In this document: piece by piece, positions 63,127 through 64,000 of the stretch
Position numbering within the stretch: the stretch's first letter is position 1
Layout of the letters: each line of letters opens with the position of its first letter
Assembly (NCBI GenBank): GCA_020536535.1
Contig: JAHLWZ010000840.1
Span: 1 to 64,000, forward strand
Length of the DNA stretch: 64,000 bases
Source of the DNA: Pelomyxa schiedti
Lineage: Eukaryota > Protista > Evosea
Direction: 5' to 3'
The notes under the pieces: generated by a model
The model's database searches: none
What the model was told of the DNA's origin: nothing
Seen by the model: the letters and a program-made list of their open reading frames with translations, nothing else
Program-made: the position numbers and the translations under genes

Positions 63127-64000
63127 ATGGAACATGGCTTGCCAACGACGGCCGGCGTGCTGCAACAGGCACAGCCACTGCCACTGCCACAACACCCACC
63201 CCCACAACAACAACAACAATCACGGCAGGTTGAGCTCGAACAACACCAACTTGGTCAGCTGACGGACGACGAGATTCTTCGGGTCGAAGTGGCACTCTTC
63301 CTGTCGTTTCTCAACCGAACTTCCCTACAACAGCACCACGTTATGTCTGGCAACTTAGACACCACGGTACCAACTTCTGCATCTCCAGCAACAACTACAA
63401 CAACCACCTCTACATCTCGAACACCACTGCATCCAAGCCACGACGAAAAATCCGGTGCTCCAGAGCCCACGTCTTCCTCGGCAGCTACTGATGGCCAGGG
63501 CCCTGCTGTCTCCTCGATTTCGAAGTCTTGCTCGGCGCCATGCGTTAGTGGGGGCCAGGACCAGATTGTGGGACGCGAGAGGAGGATCAAGTTGACCGTG
63601 GAACAAAGGACGAGAGTGGCAGATTACGAGTTGCAATTGCTACGCGTTCAACTCCACGAGTTGCAGCAATTGAGGAATAACTCACTGGCTGAGATTGAAG
63701 TATGGGCCTATGACTGTTTCTACTCCCATAATCTCTTATTGTATCTCGTAGTCTATAAAAGACAAATGGAACCTGCGATTGGCAGCACTGAAAAGGAAAG
63801 AGTACGAGCTGCACAAATGCTTGTCTCCGTCAATACATAATTCTACGAGGCAACGGGATTCGGCCTCTCAGAGACCGTCCTTACAACCGGACACTCTGAA
63901 TTTGCTGCAAGTGCAGATGTTGGAGCAAGAGAGGCAAGTACAGAGGCTGCAATCCCACATTTCCGGCCTGCGGGCAACAGTGGTGTGGATGCTAAACAGC
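63127..64000 (+). CDS. Coiled-coil protein, tentatively CCDC113-like; runs off the window
   Basis: EILRVEVALFLSFL...LTVEQRTRVADYELQLLRVQL loosely resembles ciliary CCDC113 N-terminal segments; start uncertain. Confidence 0.4.

Overview
This is gene-dense eukaryotic (protist) nuclear DNA, not prokaryotic. About 26 protein-coding genes are broken by many short GT-AG introns (mostly ~35-80 nt), so the six-frame ORF track only shows fragments; the gene models below were assembled by hand and some exon edges and starts are approximate. Gene style and content suggest an amoebozoan such as the archamoeba Pelomyxa (inference only). Recognisable genes: GNPTAB-like Stealth phosphotransferase, 3' part of RNA polymerase I/III subunit AC19, LamG-repeat protein, calpain-LIM protein, TRIM-like E3, IFT74, DUF4140/DUF4139 protein, H-NOX protein, RRM-TUTase-like protein, long-chain acyl-CoA synthetase, a GTPase, CNOT3, APC permease, F-box-Arf fusion, TKL kinase, two tandem astacin-like metalloproteases, RAD54-like helicase, OTU-PFU-PUL protein, Rh ammonium channel, actinoporin-like protein and NUDT21. 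Most notable observations: (1) an OTU deubiquitinase fused to the PFU+PUL p97-binding module; (2) a stand-alone H-NOX protein ending in a CaaX box with no cyclase; (3) an intron-containing actinoporin-like gene; (4) GNPTAB exon 1 lying on the opposite strand downstream of its own gene body at a poly-A tract (assembly inversion most likely, trans-splicing not excluded); (5) several predicted pseudoenzymes. No rRNA, tRNA, CRISPR array or intact transposon could be supported.
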